From Callorhinchus milii (lineage: Eukaryota): a DNA stretch of 64,000 bases. Where the stretch lies: NCBI RefSeq assembly GCF_018977255.1, contig NW_024704743.1, forward strand, positions 40,798,001 through 40,862,000. The letters are read 5' to 3'. Within the stretch, counting starts at the first letter, position 1. Each line of letters begins with the position of its first letter. The notes below the pieces were generated by a model. The model worked only from the letters and a program-made list of their open reading frames with translations. It made no database searches and was not told the origin of the DNA. This document shows, in pieces, positions 39,506-53,871 of this stretch. Made by a program: the position numbers and the translations under genes.

Positions 39506-42500
39506 TTGTTTAAGAATTCACTACTTTTCATCTTTCAGATTGCAACAAATATACAAATACTGCATGGGGAACTGTAACAATAAATTATTTGGTTTCTGAT
39601 AGTGTCAGTTATGTCTCTCAGACCCTTTTGCATTATCTGGCAGTGCAAAAAGTGAATCTATTCTATCATATTATAGCCTCTACCCCCATTCAATTGTTCA
39701 TTGCTTATTATATCTGATGAATTATTGAGCAAAATTGCTCCAAGCAAATGAATCTGGTATGAAACCGTGTCCAATGTGTTGGGTTATTATTATTATTATT
39801 AAGTGTGCCATAAATTTCTTAACTGAGAAGAGGGGATGAATGAGATATTCCTGAGTGATCGATGGAGAATAGAATACAAAAGATCATGGGTCAAAAAATG
39901 TAACAGGTAATAAACTCATGATTACCAGTAATAACTATTATGTTTACAGCCCAAACCAATTGGTAATTAGCAACTAGTTATGGGACTGACCTCCAGGCCC
40001 CGCTCCCCACTTACAGGGTCAAAATTGTGGTACACAAATGTTGGAAGCATTAAAAACAATTAATGGGCTTTATTTATATCTGTTCATAATATAACTGAAG
40101 TTTATCAGTTCAGTTGCACATTCTATGGGAGGCAAACAACAGAAAGACGTCCCAGGGCGCTGGACAGTCAGGAATTTTGGGGCCCGAGCTGGGAGTTGGG
40201 GTCAGGAGGGGTGGAGGGCAAGGTGGGGTGGGAGGGTGGCCGAAGGCACGGTCGAAGAGGAAGGTCTTTAGACGGGACTTGAAATCTTCCCTTGTACAGC
40301 AAGTGGGAAACCAATTACAGCCTGGTACGTGAAGGGCCATTTAACAGAGCAGTTAGCAAGCTTAACAAGCCCTGAGCACTAAGCAACCATGCTTGGCCAC
40401 ACCTTGAGCACAGAGTGACCAGTCTGGAAACTAGCACTTTATCAGCTCAAAGGCTTGTATTCACTGTTTTATTTTGAATTATGCTCTCAAGCTATGCTTT
40501 ATTATACTGCACCTTGCAATGTCGAACCTCTCTAGCCCCTGCCAATCTCCTGGATAGTAGTTTGAAACACCAGGGGAACTGCCCTTTGTCTAAGACAAAA
40601 TTTATGGTCAAGAGCTCAACTCGCTGAAATTAAAAGATGTTTTAGTTCAAGGAACATGTGGCCCATTGTACCTGCTTTCCAAAGTGTCATGTTGGACCCT
40701 TCTACAGCAGCATATACTATGTGCTCACACCAATATTTGCCAGCCATAAATCATTACTCATCTTAGAGCAATCTAAAAAGACAGAATTTACAGAATAAAG
40801 TAACGCTGGTCCACAGCTCACCTGTTAAAGATAGCCAATTTAAATTCTTATGCTGATAGCATGATTTTTTAAAACTGCAAAGAAATCGTCCTAGGAATTT
40901 AGCATGGGTTATAGTATTTCGCTTTTCAAATACTATTATTAACTCTACAAATGTTTGGCTGTTGATTTTGTCCCCTATTCTATATTGATATTGTCATCAT
41001 ATTCATACAGTATATTATCTTTTAGAAAGAAACCACCATGCAAATGTATTCTATTGTGTGCTCCACAATGAAAACCAATTATTCTGCTTGGTTTACCAAC
41101 CAAATCAACCACTCTTTCTCCTTTTGTGTTTATTTAATTGAATAAAGGATTGCTTTCCAGACTGCGATTGGGGGTGTTGACAGATTGTAAAATAAAAAAG
41201 GTAGCAGAGAGTAATTTAAATATCAAGGCAACATTGCAGGCAAGTCACACTCCAGAATAATTCACCATTAATTGGTTAATCTAAGATTTGGATTACAAAA
41301 CTGTACTGGATGCAGGTAAGCCTCATGTGTGTTAAATATTCAGCATTTATAGCAATCTTTGTGCATTCAGGAATTGAAAGAGGAATATGGGACAGTAAAT
41401 TGAGGAGAGGATTAAATGCTTGCAGTTATACAATTGTTGCAGATTTGGATGCTCTTTTCAATCATATATTTGAGTCCATTCTAGATTATACTGTGGGAAA
41501 GAAAACAATGATATATGGTATTATATCTAATAAAAATTATAGTTGCACAGGTAGTTTCACTGTGATCCTTCCGAAAATTAGCTCCCATCACATTTGTACT
41601 GATTTATTTGGAAACCTAAGGTTGTACCTGAAAATGCAAGTTACAGTATGTTCATAAAATATAATGACAGATGCAACTGGTCAGATAACAGTTTTAAAAT
41701 GCTGCACCAACTATAATTACCTCCATAAATGAAAAATAAGACTTGTGAAAATATCTTTGCAGACACAAAGTGATCACTGGGCACAAGAGGAATGTAGCAA
41801 GAAATCTGAGATATATGGTCAATTTTCACTTGAAAGCATCAGCAATCTCACTCAGATGGGCCTTGGGAAAATTAATGTCAAAAATAGAAAATATCTCAGC
41901 GTTACATTAAGGGGAAGCTCTGCTGAGATTAGAATTGTGGTTCATTGTTGCTGAGCGAGCTTTACACTACATTTAACTGGATCATGTTCCTGATCTGCAG
42001 CATTCACCCAAATACAGTCTGCTCCACAGTGCTTTGCGATATCCTCCTGATGTGAAAGGTTCCATATCAAATTTAAGTAGTAGTATTATTTTATTACTAT
42101 CTAATGCTGATCAGATGTTGGTCAGTCAGAAACCTTTGACAGAATTTCACAGATATTCTAGAGGCCAACAGTTCTGACAGCATTTTTGTTTGGATGACAG
42201 TGCATAAATTAGCCTGTAGTATTTGTAAAAAAATAGTTAATGTCAGATTTTTAAAACATTTTTAGAAAGGAAAAGTCCAAGGAGGATCAACAAAGGGGAT
42301 TTGGGGTTTAATTTATGAATATGGCTTGCAGAAATTAAAGATTAAGAAAAAAAAGTCATCTGTGTTTTTGAAAGGAGAAACATTGGCAATGGGGGCCAAA
42401 ATGCAATATTTGAAAATTGTTACTACTGCTAGTCCACAGAGCTGCACCAAGTCCAAACTTTATTAACAATAGTCCCTTCAAAATAAGTTCATTTCTATAG

Positions 42501-42939
42501 TTAGAGTACCCAGAACAAGTTCTGCTCCATATATATATTCGGGCCATTCACCAATTTAGTGCCAAGGTAAACCGAGTAATTTGGGCATTGCCAATATGTC
42601 CTATTTTACAACTAATAAATCTCAACCAAGGCTAGAGATTAAGAGATTAGTTTCCTCCTGAGTAATAGTTTTATGGGATAAAGTCTCAGCAGAATTGCCT
42701 AATTGCATGCTGCTTAGGTCTCAAGAAATAAAAAATATTATTAATGGGGTGAAAAATGTGATACTCAAGGCCTCAAAATTCATCTACTTTTAGCCCATGA
42801 GGTCATTTTGCCTGAGCAATTATTAAAATAATCTGACACTTTTATATTTTAGTGTGGGAGATTTATTATGACAAACTTGCCCAACACATCAACAATCATT
42901 TCACTTGATCAGTGGAATGGAGGAAGGAAACAATTATAC

Positions 42940-43515
42940 ATTTATACATAAATAAGTAAACCTTGGTTAGACACATTTGAAGTACTGTGTTCAGTTGATG
43001 TCGATATAGTGGACCACAATTAAATACAGAAAGAACGCTGTAGTATTGGAGAGAGTGCAGGTACAGTTACTAGGATGCTACCAGGGAATGAGCAATCAAG
43101 AAAAAATGGACAGGATGGAGTTTTTCTCTTTGGAGATAGATGATTGTAAGGGACCTGATAGAAGTGTTTAAAATTATGTATGAATTTGATAAATTGGATG
43201 TTAATAAACTCTTTCCACTTGTTTTGAGCATAAAAGATACATAAATATATGATAGCCAGTATTAAATCTAAAAGGGAATTTAGGAGAATGTTTTCATGCA
43301 GAGAGGGTCATGAAAATCTAGAACTCCTTACCTGAAATTGTAGTTGAAGCAAAAAAAGTGACATCAACATATTTGAAAGGAAACATGATGCATCCATGAG
43401 GGAGAAGAGAATAGAGCAGTGTGGGAGAGGGGATTAGGAGGGAGGCTCATGTGAAGGATAAACACCGGCATGGACTAGTTGAGCTGAATGGCCTGTTTCC
43501 GTACTGTAACATACC
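42940..43515 (+). mobile_element. Decayed CR1 3' fragment
   Basis: ccttggttagacacatttgaagtactgtgttcagtt, ttggagagagtgcag, ggcatggactagttgagctgaatggcctgtttcc. Confidence 0.8.
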
Positions 43516-45599
43516 ATAATATTAAAAAAAAGTCATTCAATCCATTGAGGGACATTGCTGTGTGCATTGTGCCCACAAAATATAGAGTCAATTCACATTG
43601 CAATATATTCTGTGAACCGCTTTGAGATGTCTCAATGACATGATAAGGCTCTATATCAAATGCAAGGATTATTATTATTTTTATAATTCTAAGAAGATAA
43701 TGCACATGAAGGTACTGTTATGGATTAATAATTTTCCAATTTGCCAAGCGTGATTTGCTCTAAACTTTCATAATGTAGCATCTTGGACATTGAATCTGTC
43801 GCTGATCTGAATGCATTGTCATGTCTGTTACGCGACTCAAATTGCCACCTATCTTATGGTGTACTCCATCCACAGGAACCACTTTACCCAGTTCCTTTCA
43901 CAGACTCACAATGCCCGGTACACTTGCAGAGTTTTGTGTGGCATACTGCAGGAGGACAGGTGAAATTAATGTTCTTACATACGTTTAATGTTGTTCTGGA
44001 ATGGGAAGCAAATACACAAAGGAAATTAACTCCCAGCAGTAAATTTACTGGAGCTGGCTGGTAATGTATCCTTGAAACCCGATTCAGTCAGATAAGCCTG
44101 ATTAATGTCAGTTACAACTTGATAGAGGAAGGAAAAAATGCCCTAAGCAGGATTTTGAGTTTAAGCAATCTTTTTAACATCTGCCTAAGAAATAGAAATG
44201 AAGCATCAAAATCTCCTGAAATTTTGATAGCAGTTCAATATTGGAAAAGTAATCAAAATTTACAACATACTAGAATTAAATCTACAGTATATCTAAAATA
44301 TGAGTGTACAAAATGTGAGATTTATGCTGTACCAGAATTCCGTATTTACATAATTTATGCAGTCTTTGGGATTTCTTCAGTAACTGCATTAAGTCATTAT
44401 ATTTCAATAATTTATCAAAGGGAGTTTAAATTTCTGGCTCTGCAACGCATCGTGGGCTGTATATGTTAGGAAATAAATTAATATATTTTGAAATCAGTGA
44501 CTGGGACGTGCTTCATAATTCAGTTGTAGGCTTGCTACTTACCATTACCTCTGAAATTTTACAATTCATATAATTCATTTTGTGCATACTTAAGAACTCA
44601 ATGAAAGTGAATAGTATTTGCAAAATTTCTTTTTTCTGTCACAGGTGTGTTTTTTTCTTGAAGTAGAAGTATATTATTTACATATCAAAAAATATATTTG
44701 TTGAAAAAAAACTTAAGAACTCACTCAGCAAGAAATTTGAACTAATTTTGTAAAATTGTTAAACACATATGGGCTGATATTCCTTATTCTCTAATTTTAT
44801 AGCAACTGGCTTCAATGATGGAAATGTTTTTAGAGCTATCCTGTACATGCTCAACCCTTAGAAACTGCAGTTAAAAAGTTCCAGCAAAAGGGGAGGGAAA
44901 AAGCCAAAGTAGTTTGCTCAAGTTTTGTTAAAGAACATTACGGAGGAAAGCTTGCAGTATTGCACAGCTAATAAGACACATTGAGAAATGATTGCTAACT
45001 CCATATCAGGTTTTGAATGAATTAAGATAATGAAGATGCCAAGTTAGCAGCTAGCCATTTGCAGCCATTAGTGTTTATCGCATATAGTTCAGTTGTTATG
45101 GGCATCCTTGCTGGGGTATAGCCCTGTATCAACTGATTCATCATTATCCTGCAATGACCCCGAGCATCCTGCATTCTGCATCCTCCACCTTTCCTCGCCA
45201 GTACTCAGGGCCTCTCTTGATCTTTCACAATGTCAGTTGGATGAAGAAGACCCTTTGGCCATTTGATCTCATCCTTCCAGAGCACCCAACCTACTACTCT
45301 TGATGCATCAAGCTGCGTTTCAAATAAATCCGGTGTGCTGATCTCAACCACCCGTTCCACTTGTTAAAAAATACATTCCTGGCATCTCTCCTAAAATTAC
45401 CCTCTGCTACTCTAAACTCAGCAACTCTAAATGTCTTATTCTTCTGTCTTGCTGCACCTTAACGTATCAGTCTGTTCTTTTCAGTCCTATTTAACATTTT
45501 ATTCAACCATTCTCCTTCTGCTCTTGGATGTTAGAGGAATATTACTGGTACAAATGATTGTCATGTTTGTCTAAAAGCAATCATAAACATGATAATAAT

Positions 45600-46020
45600 T
45601 ATTTTATAATAATAATCATCGCATTTGATTAACACCTTAGCATGTCATTGAAATGGCTCAAACAGCTTCACGGGGTTTACCATAAAGTGTATAGTAAACC
45701 TTGTGAAAGTTTGCAAACATGTTTGTCAATTTCTGCACAAAAGTATGTCATAAGCCATGAAAGTGAATAACCATCTTTGTAAGAAGGATTGTTAGCTAGG
45801 ACACTGGAAGAAACTCTTCTCTTTCCAAATAGAGCAACTGACTGTATCTTTAACATAAACCCATAAACAGCAGACAGGATCTTGGTTTAACCACTTATCA
45901 GAAGAATGGCACTCTGACAATGCCTCTAACACTGCATTGGAGTACCAACCCAGAGTGGGAGTAAAAGTCCCAATGTGGCCTTTGTACCCACAGCTTTCTG
46001 ATTCAGATCTGAGAGGTCAT
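45600..46020 (-). mobile_element. Deu-type SINE, old
   Basis: ctaggacactggaagaaact, cttggtttaacc, ctttctgattcagatctgagag. Confidence 0.55.
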
Positions 46021-46248
46021 CAACTAAACAAAGCTTAAAGCTTTCTGTTGTGTACAATTTTCTATTTGAATATAGCAACAGTGTTGATTGAGACATGGTG
46101 ATTTCACCCTTGCAAAATCTTTCCCTGCAGTAAACTTAATCTCCCCAAATGGCATGGAATTGTAATACTCATAATCTTGCTTTTGCCTGTTGCTAATATT
46201 TCTTTTTTTTGTGCACATAATTTACAATCACAGGTTTTTGTAGCTTAG

Positions 46249-46625
46249 TGTCCTGTAGCTTAGTGGATAGAGCATGCGTCTTTTAAGCAAGAGAATCTTG
46301 GTTCAATCCCTAGCAGGGCAAAACTTTGGACATTTCAATACTCCACACACCTCTGTTCACTTAGCAGTAAGTAGGAACCTGGTTGTTAGTCGATTGGTGA
46401 ATCGCTTTACCAGTGGTAATAAACTTTACAAAAATTAAATAAATAATAATAATTTAGTCACTCATGACTACAAATGACTGTTTGTGGGACACTGATGTGC
46501 GCAATTAGCTGCCACGTTTTTCCCACAAAATATACAGTCAATTCACTTTACAGTATATTCTGTGAAGTGTTTTGAGACCTCAAAGACACGATAAGGTGCT
46601 ATATCAAATGCAAGGATTGTTATTA
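46249..46625 (+). mobile_element. tRNA-derived SINE, long variant
   Basis: Head gtcctgtagcttagtggatagagca, CORE-like cctctgttcacttagcagtaagtagg, older-type tail. Confidence 0.88.
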
Positions 46626-48799
46626 ATATCAATATACTAAAGCTTCAACTTTTCTTTAAGCAGTACGTTTTTTTCGGAATCTCTTGTCAGTTCTTCAGAC
46701 TATTAAAATAAGAGTTCCCAGTTCCACAAGCAGTGTTGTGATGTTGCCTAAATTGTTTCCATTCTGGTCACCGGCCTCCTCTGTTACAAGTGTAATGTCA
46801 TCTCTTTGTGATTGCATAGAGTTATACTTGTAGGGCATTTTCAAGAATCATTGTTAATAACATATTGCCTCGAAGTGGGGTCTCCTTGGAGCTAAACTGG
46901 CTCCAGGGCACTGCTGATGGCAGCACAGCCAGGCTGGCTCACCGGCAGGACCTGTAAGGCAGACCAGTCACTGGGGGCAGGGAGTCATCCCAATCAGCTC
47001 CTGTTAACTCTGCAAACCAAAGCCCTAATGAGTAGGATGGTCCCAGCTGAGCAAGCAGCAGGAAAGCTTGCCGGATGACAATATCAATGGCACGTTATGC
47101 AGTTTTAGCTGGTTAGGCTCCAGCAGTACCTCAACACACACTCTGGGGTGCCCAAACCTTGGCTCTTGCCAACCTGTACCTAATACTTTCCGGAAATGGG
47201 TACGCAGGATGAGTCCCTCCAGGGAGAGAGTGAGCATTCCATTCCACCAATCTATTTCTGGGATTTCCACACATTGGTGGGATGTATGGAAATCTCAGCT
47301 TGGTTTGGATACTCTTAAGCATGGTGATGGGCTTCTGCATGTACCACGCTGCCCCCCAAAAAGTAGCCAATATCTACCCAAAAATTTTTTTGGTGTGTTG
47401 AAACTGAGTTAATTTGTTTCATGCAAACCCATTTCCAAGTTTTTCTGTAATACACAGTATGTATTCAATGCAGTATAATAGTTTCTCCAAAAATGAATAT
47501 ATAGGAAATAATGATTAAAAATATTCTTTTTAATTCAGAAGTCACATAAAACACAATTTAATATTTAGTTGTAAATATAAAATATCTTACAACTGGGAGG
47601 AAATCACACCAGCTCACCCATAACTGCAGTATGCGTTCTACAGTTGCAATGAATAAACTGAAATACACTGAAATTAATTCTTCAGTGATGTTTGGAATTG
47701 ATTTACCAGCTGCATTTAACACCCCCATGTAGTTTGATCAACTCCTCTATAAATTCGTATATGTGCTTTAGGTCTCTTCTGACCCAGGTACTGTAATTGC
47801 TACTTTATACTGAGCTACTTTTTCACACGCATGACAGAAATGAGTTTGCACCATTTACTGCCAAAAAGACCTTAGGTAATTGCCCTTTAAAAAGCAATAT
47901 TATTCCCTTCTTCAAGCTTTTAATTGGTTTAAATGGAAACTGATGAGAAAAGTGTAATAACCTCTTTGTATTGCTTCTACCAAAAGTCTTTTTTTGCTGG
48001 TGTTGAAACTGAAGTAATCTGTTTACATATAGGTCCGCTTCTACATATTGGACTGACAAGTTCAATTCAGCAAAACAAAAGCTTGCCTTATAAAGGTATT
48101 TAGTTCTACTCGCTGATCCTAGAGTCAATGCATTGGAAAAGCAGTTTATAAGATTTGCACTTAAAAGTGGAAAGTAAGAAAAAGTTTATCAAAGCAACTT
48201 ACTGGAAAAGGTATGTCTGATCATAGTCAGCAGTCATTTAGGGGAACTTGGTTTTCTTACAATTGTAGGCCATGTATTGGTACGGAGAATTGAAATTGCT
48301 TATTAGAGAATATCGGAGTTAAAACTCATTGGATTAAATGGAAGAAAGAACAATACGCTCTCTTACCAGATTTACTCTCATGGGTTGTAACCTAAAATCA
48401 ATCATACAACATATGAGGATCTTGTATTTTATTTCCAATGAAGAAAAANTGAAGCTTTAATTGAAGATCTGAACCCTTATTCACAGATAGGATCATTACT
48501 CCAAATTCACACTTATACTACCAAATTTTTTAACTCACATTAAATCACATCCCCAAAAAATCCAACAAAAGTATCACGATTTTAACCCTAATTCTGCTCA
48601 TTGTGGATGAGGGCTTTTATTTTATTTTCTCTTACTCCGGGATTCCAGTCACCACATTTGTTTTCGGACGGCCTAAGCCACTGTAGTTGGTGTCCCATGT
48701 CTCTGCCACAACGTTCGGACTCTCAGTCACATTCAACCTATTGTGATCTTAAGGAACCAGAGCACTGCAGATGTTAGCTATTTCAAGCCTTTTTAAGTA

Positions 48800-49275
48800 G
48801 GAAAGCGTATTCTTCACCACCACCTCTCCTCTCAGCTCATCTTCAAGGCTCTGCTCTTGCCTTTCTGATTTTTTCCACTTGATATCCACTATCGGCTTCT
48901 CCTCCACACTCGCACCACCACATACAGCTTTCCTCAAGGCTCTGTCCTTGGTCCTATGCTCTCTAATATTTACATGATCCCCCTCGGCGATATCATCGAC
49001 AGGTATGGGGTTAACTTCCACATGTATGTGACTGGCAGGGCGGATAGGGGTAGGAGGGAACTGAAGATGCGGTTGAGGAGGAGGGTCTTGAAATGGGCCT
49101 TGAAGGGGATAAGGGAGGAAGCAAGGCAAAATGATTGTGGGATGGAATTCCAAAGGGTGGCGGCAGAGAAGCTGGAAGGCTTGACTGCCATGGAGCAGGC
49201 CAGAGCCTGCTGAGCGGAGGGAGCAGACATGCTACAGAGCTAGGAAGGAGCAAGGCTGTGGAGGACTTTGAAGGC
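48800..49275. mobile_element. L2 fragments in opposite orientations
   Basis: IYMIPLGDIIDRYGVNFHMY on +, 3'-UTR-type sequence on -. Confidence 0.7.
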
Positions 49276-50044
49276 CAGAAATCTGCCCACAACCACCCAC
49301 CCATCCCCTTTCCTGGCAACATCTTCCAGTCATTTGTTACCCTCTGAGCAAAGAAATGCTTCCTGGTGCCAACATGCGCAATAATTATTATGGCGAAAAA
49401 AGTAATCAATAGTTATTATTGGGCTTAAGGCTTACAGCCCCTCCCCCCATTGACCATTCCCTGTAAAGTTTCCTTCATGGGCCAAGTGAAGGATGTAAAT
49501 TAGCTAAATATCTAGTGCCCACTTATGGTTTATTTCTTGCTGGTTGCGCTGTGATGAGTTTATAATTTGGAAACTTGTATTGTTAACTCACACGGACAAC
49601 ATCAGTCAGTTTACTGACCAGTGGAGACTCAGATGTACTTGCTTGCCAAGGTGTGTAGCAGTACGCATTATAATCTCACCTTGCCACTGTTTACCAACCG
49701 AACATTCAGAATTCATTTGTCAAGGATAGTACATTTCCAGATCAGCGGAGAATCATCCCCATCATCTACGTTTGTTACTTGCTGTGCAGTTTGTTTCAGA
49801 TGTAAAAGCTATCGGTACCTTAGTTCTGTCAGGAAAAGTAACTTTTTTTCAGTTAAAGTTTAATCCATATTTTTAGCATGCTGGTTAGTGTCCAGTGCCA
49901 TAAACTGGAAGAATGAATTGAAAACCCAGCATTTGATATGATAATTATCACCTGTGATATCCTGTTTGAGCTCAATGTTTGATCTGGTATTGGCGAATAA
50001 GTAAATTTTGGAGACAGTGTTAAACTGACTAAGCTGAATTCCAT

Positions 50045-51850
50045 CCAACAGCAACTAGCATTTATATAGCGCCCTTCATACGGGGCAGCGGGATTTGAAA
50101 GTAGGGAGAGGGCAAGGCAGCGGGGTTGAGGGAGAGAGTTGTAGAGTTTCGGGGTGTAGTGGCTGAAGGCACGGCCACTGATGGTGGAGCGGAGGGGACA
50201 GGGGACAAACCGGAGGCAGCAGCCAGCCGAGCGGAGGCAGCTGGTGATGGAGTGGGAGGTAATCAGTTCAGATAGGTACGGAGGTGCAAGGGCATGAAGG
50301 GATTTGAAAATGAGTGAGAGGATCTTGAAATCGATCCGTTCGGTAATTGGGAGCCAGTGGAGCCTGACAAGGACCGGTGTGATGGGGGTACGGAGTTTCG
50401 TGCAGGTGAGTATCTGGGCAGCAGAATTTTCATTTAGTTGAATTTTGTGTATGGTGGAGCTGGGGAGACCAGCGAGGACGGCATTGGAATAGTCCAGCTG
50501 GGAAAAAATATTTACCAAGATGTATTGTTGGCAGTGTGTTAAGTAGGAGTCAAACCATGCGTGTGCAGTCCCACTAAGGTAGATGAGAGAGAGGCGGAGT
50601 AGGAGGATGCCATGATCGACTGTGTTGAATGCGGCGGAGAGATTCAGGAGAACAAGGAGTCAGAGGGAAGCCTGTTCACAGAGAGAAGGTCATTTGTTAC
50701 TTTGATGAGCATTATCTCTGTATTGTGGGCAAGGCGAAAACCGGACTGGAGGGGTTTGAATAGGTAGTGTAGAAAGAGGTGTAAGTGAAGTTGATTTGCA
50801 ATGATGAGTTCCAAAACTTTGCTCAGGAAGGGCAGGTTTGAGATGGGTCTGAAGTTTGTGAGGTTGGAGGGTGGATCAAGGATAGGTTTTTTAAGGAGAG
50901 CAGTGATGGCTGCAGTTTTGAGGAGGAGTGTGATAGAGCCTGAGGAGAGGGACTGGTTGATTGTGCACTTAATAATAATAATAATAATCCTTGCATTTTA
51001 CCATCTTAAGTGAGGATCGAGGGTGCTTTTGAGAGAGGGTGTGAAGGAGGTGGTGGGCAGTGGAGAACAGGATTTGGGGGTTGTTTTTGGCCTCGAGAAT
51101 GACCTGTGAGTAGAAGATGGTTTTGGCATGAGAGAGGGAGCAGCGGTACGCATAAAGATGCTCGAGCCACAATTGGCAGTGAACTGTGAGGCCAGTTTTG
51201 TGCCATCTGCGCTTGAGCAACCAAATTTGGGATTTGAGGAACGGAGATGACTGTTGTACCAGTAGAGTGAGTAGGCTTGGAGAGGGACCTGGATTTGTGG
51301 GTGGTTGTAGATTGTGGGGTGGGTGGGATGGGGGAGAAACAGCAATCGGGTGTGAGGAGGGAGAGTTGGAAAGGATGTGGATGAGAGAATGGTGGTTTAA
51401 CTGTTGGGGAGGTAGGCCTTGTGGAGTAGGTGGGGGATGGAGCAGTCGGCTTGGCTGCTCTGGGTCAGGCATCGACGAGTGCTGTGGTGAACCCGGTGGA
51501 GAGTGCCCAGGCTGGAGCAGAGGGAGTCTGTGAGAGGGACTGGGGGTGAGAGACTACGGGGAGGATGGTAGGCGAGAAGGACTGTGGGAGTCACGAAGGG
51601 TGGAGAGTAGGAGCGGGGCATTTTGGGAGGGGGTCGCTCGAGTCAGGGCTGGCAGTCAAACGTGCATGACGAGTCTGGGAGCAGAGCAATCAGCGAGGCA
51701 TGGTCAGCCCACAGGCATGGCGGCTGTGAGAGGCTAGAGGAGACAGTGCAAGGGGAGAGAGGTGGGAGGACATTCATAGTGTTACTTACCAGGTAAATAA
51801 TTCAAAGAGGATTTGGGAGAGCGCGGAGAGAAGTGAGAGAGGACAGGAAG
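50045..51850 (-). mobile_element. Older L2 copy with internal deletions
   Basis: ORF 49853-50518 (SQLDYSNAVLAGLP..ITPVLVRLHWLPITERIDFKIL) and 50969-51472 (RRWHKTGL..NNPQILFST). Confidence 0.85.
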
Positions 51851-52909
51851 GGAAGGAGATGAATAAAATAAAACTATACTTGACTTGAGTTTGAACTGGC
51901 ACGCGGAAATAGAACAAAAATGACATTTTGGTATGAGAATATTTAAAAATTAAGATTCTACAGACTGTGTGGGAAAGAAGCAGTCAAAATTGATTCCAGC
52001 ATCCCCAGCAAACTCCTGGGATTGTTGCAGGTAGAAGGCTGTGCACAATGAAATCTGTCAGGTCCCTCCCTCCTTCCCTCCCCTGTAATCAAAGTGTAGC
52101 ACTTTGTTCAGACAGGAATAATGACACCACCTCTCCGACTTACCCTGTATTAGTTTGGAGACAACGGCGCATGCTTTGGAAATCCTACACATATATAAAT
52201 AATATATATACTGTATTTCAAAATTGCAACTTGCAGCGAATTCTGCAGATGCAGTGCTTTGTTGTTCTTTTATCTATCTGTAAAAGACATGTTTATCAAC
52301 CATTTAAAGCTTCTACAGCATGCCTGAGACTTCAAAGCAACCATGACTACCGGCATTAGGTCTAACATCACAACAAAAGATCCAACTGTAAATAAAACTT
52401 TAATAAATCAGCTGTGAGACCACTCAGACTGTTCGACTTGTCAATCTGGAGATGAGATCAAAACTGCAGGATGGTATTCTGTATAAATAGTGATTGACTT
52501 CAAAACATTCCGTCGAACTTTGCAATAGCTAATGAAGATAGGATAGTCTATAAATAGGTGATATTTGTCTACACCTACACCGCACTTGAGAGCAATTACT
52601 TGCTTGAAGGGCCTTGGGGGTGTTGCGAATAGAGCCGCAGTGTGCATGACCAGAAGCTTGCTGGTTCAAATCCCAGTGCTAAATTGCTGGTATCAGCCGG
52701 AGTTATATGGGAACAACAACAACAAGATTACATTTGTACAGCGCCCTTCACGTCAGGAGGACGTCCCGAGGGAAGGCTGAACTTGTCTGGCCTCGCTGGG
52801 GAAAGGAGAAAACAGCTAGAATTCAGATCATCTTTGGGAGACAAAAAAGAGAAAACTGGAGGTGGGGAGTGAACAAAAGAAACAACCAATCATAGCTCAA
52901 TTGTGTGTT

Positions 52910-53340
52910 AGCCTGAGTCAGTTGGCAGGATTCTCACCTGAGTCAGAAAGTTGTGGGTTCATGCTCAACATTAGGATTTAGAACCCGTATATTGTATGCT
53001 AACACTCGACGGCAGTGATAAGGGGAGGTGCTGCATTGTTATAGGTGATGTCCTTTGAATGAGTCATTAAACCAAGTTCCAAACTGTCTGTTCAGGTGGA
53101 TATCAAAGATCTCAACAATTCAAAAATAGAAGGAAGTTTCTCCTGGTGTCCTGGCCAACAATGCCCCAGATTAAAGAATTGATCACCCACTTCATGGCTG
53201 TTTGTGGGGCCTTGCTCTATGCAAATTGGCTGCTGCATTTGCCCACAATATACACAGTCACTACACTTTTCAGTATGTTGTGTGAAGTGATTTGAGACAT
53301 CTCAATGATGTGATAAGACTCTACATCAAATTATTATTAT
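52910..53340 (+). mobile_element. Deu-type SINE (SacSINE1/AmnSINE-like)
   Basis: tRNA head, gtgctgcattgttataggtgatgtcctttgaatgagtcattaaacc..ttcaggtggatatcaaagatc..cctggtgtcctggccaa, shared 3' tail. Confidence 0.8.
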
Positions 53341-53871
53341 AATTTCCCAAGAAACATCCAGTTTCTTGGCAACCAAACTCTCTTCTGCAGGAGAAAATCT
53401 GTTCATTCCATGGGGTTTGCTACTTAATGCACCCTGGAATATATATATGTGCATATATATAAGATCTTTCCTTAAAATCTAACAAAAATAATGAGCCATT
53501 TGTCATTGCCAGAAATGTCAAAATCCTTGGAACGACCAACAAACATCCTCATCTCGAGAAAGAAGACTGGGACTGACAGGTACCATATGGTACAATTGAA
53601 CCATTGAAAATTACAATGCAGAAGAAAGCCAGTCCTCTGATCATGTTTGTGCAATCTCTGTGAAACAGTAGTCCATTTCATGCCATTTGTCTACTTTTCC
53701 CATATCCTTTTTTTTTGCTTTAGCTGTCTATCTAATTTAACTACTAATTCATTACCTGGAGAAGAAGATGTTGCAGAAGAAATTAGATATGTATTCTTCA
53801 CCAGTGTATTTCTCAAGTATTTGCAAGTTTTATGACTCAATCAATAATCCATATCATTGACGCAATAGCTG

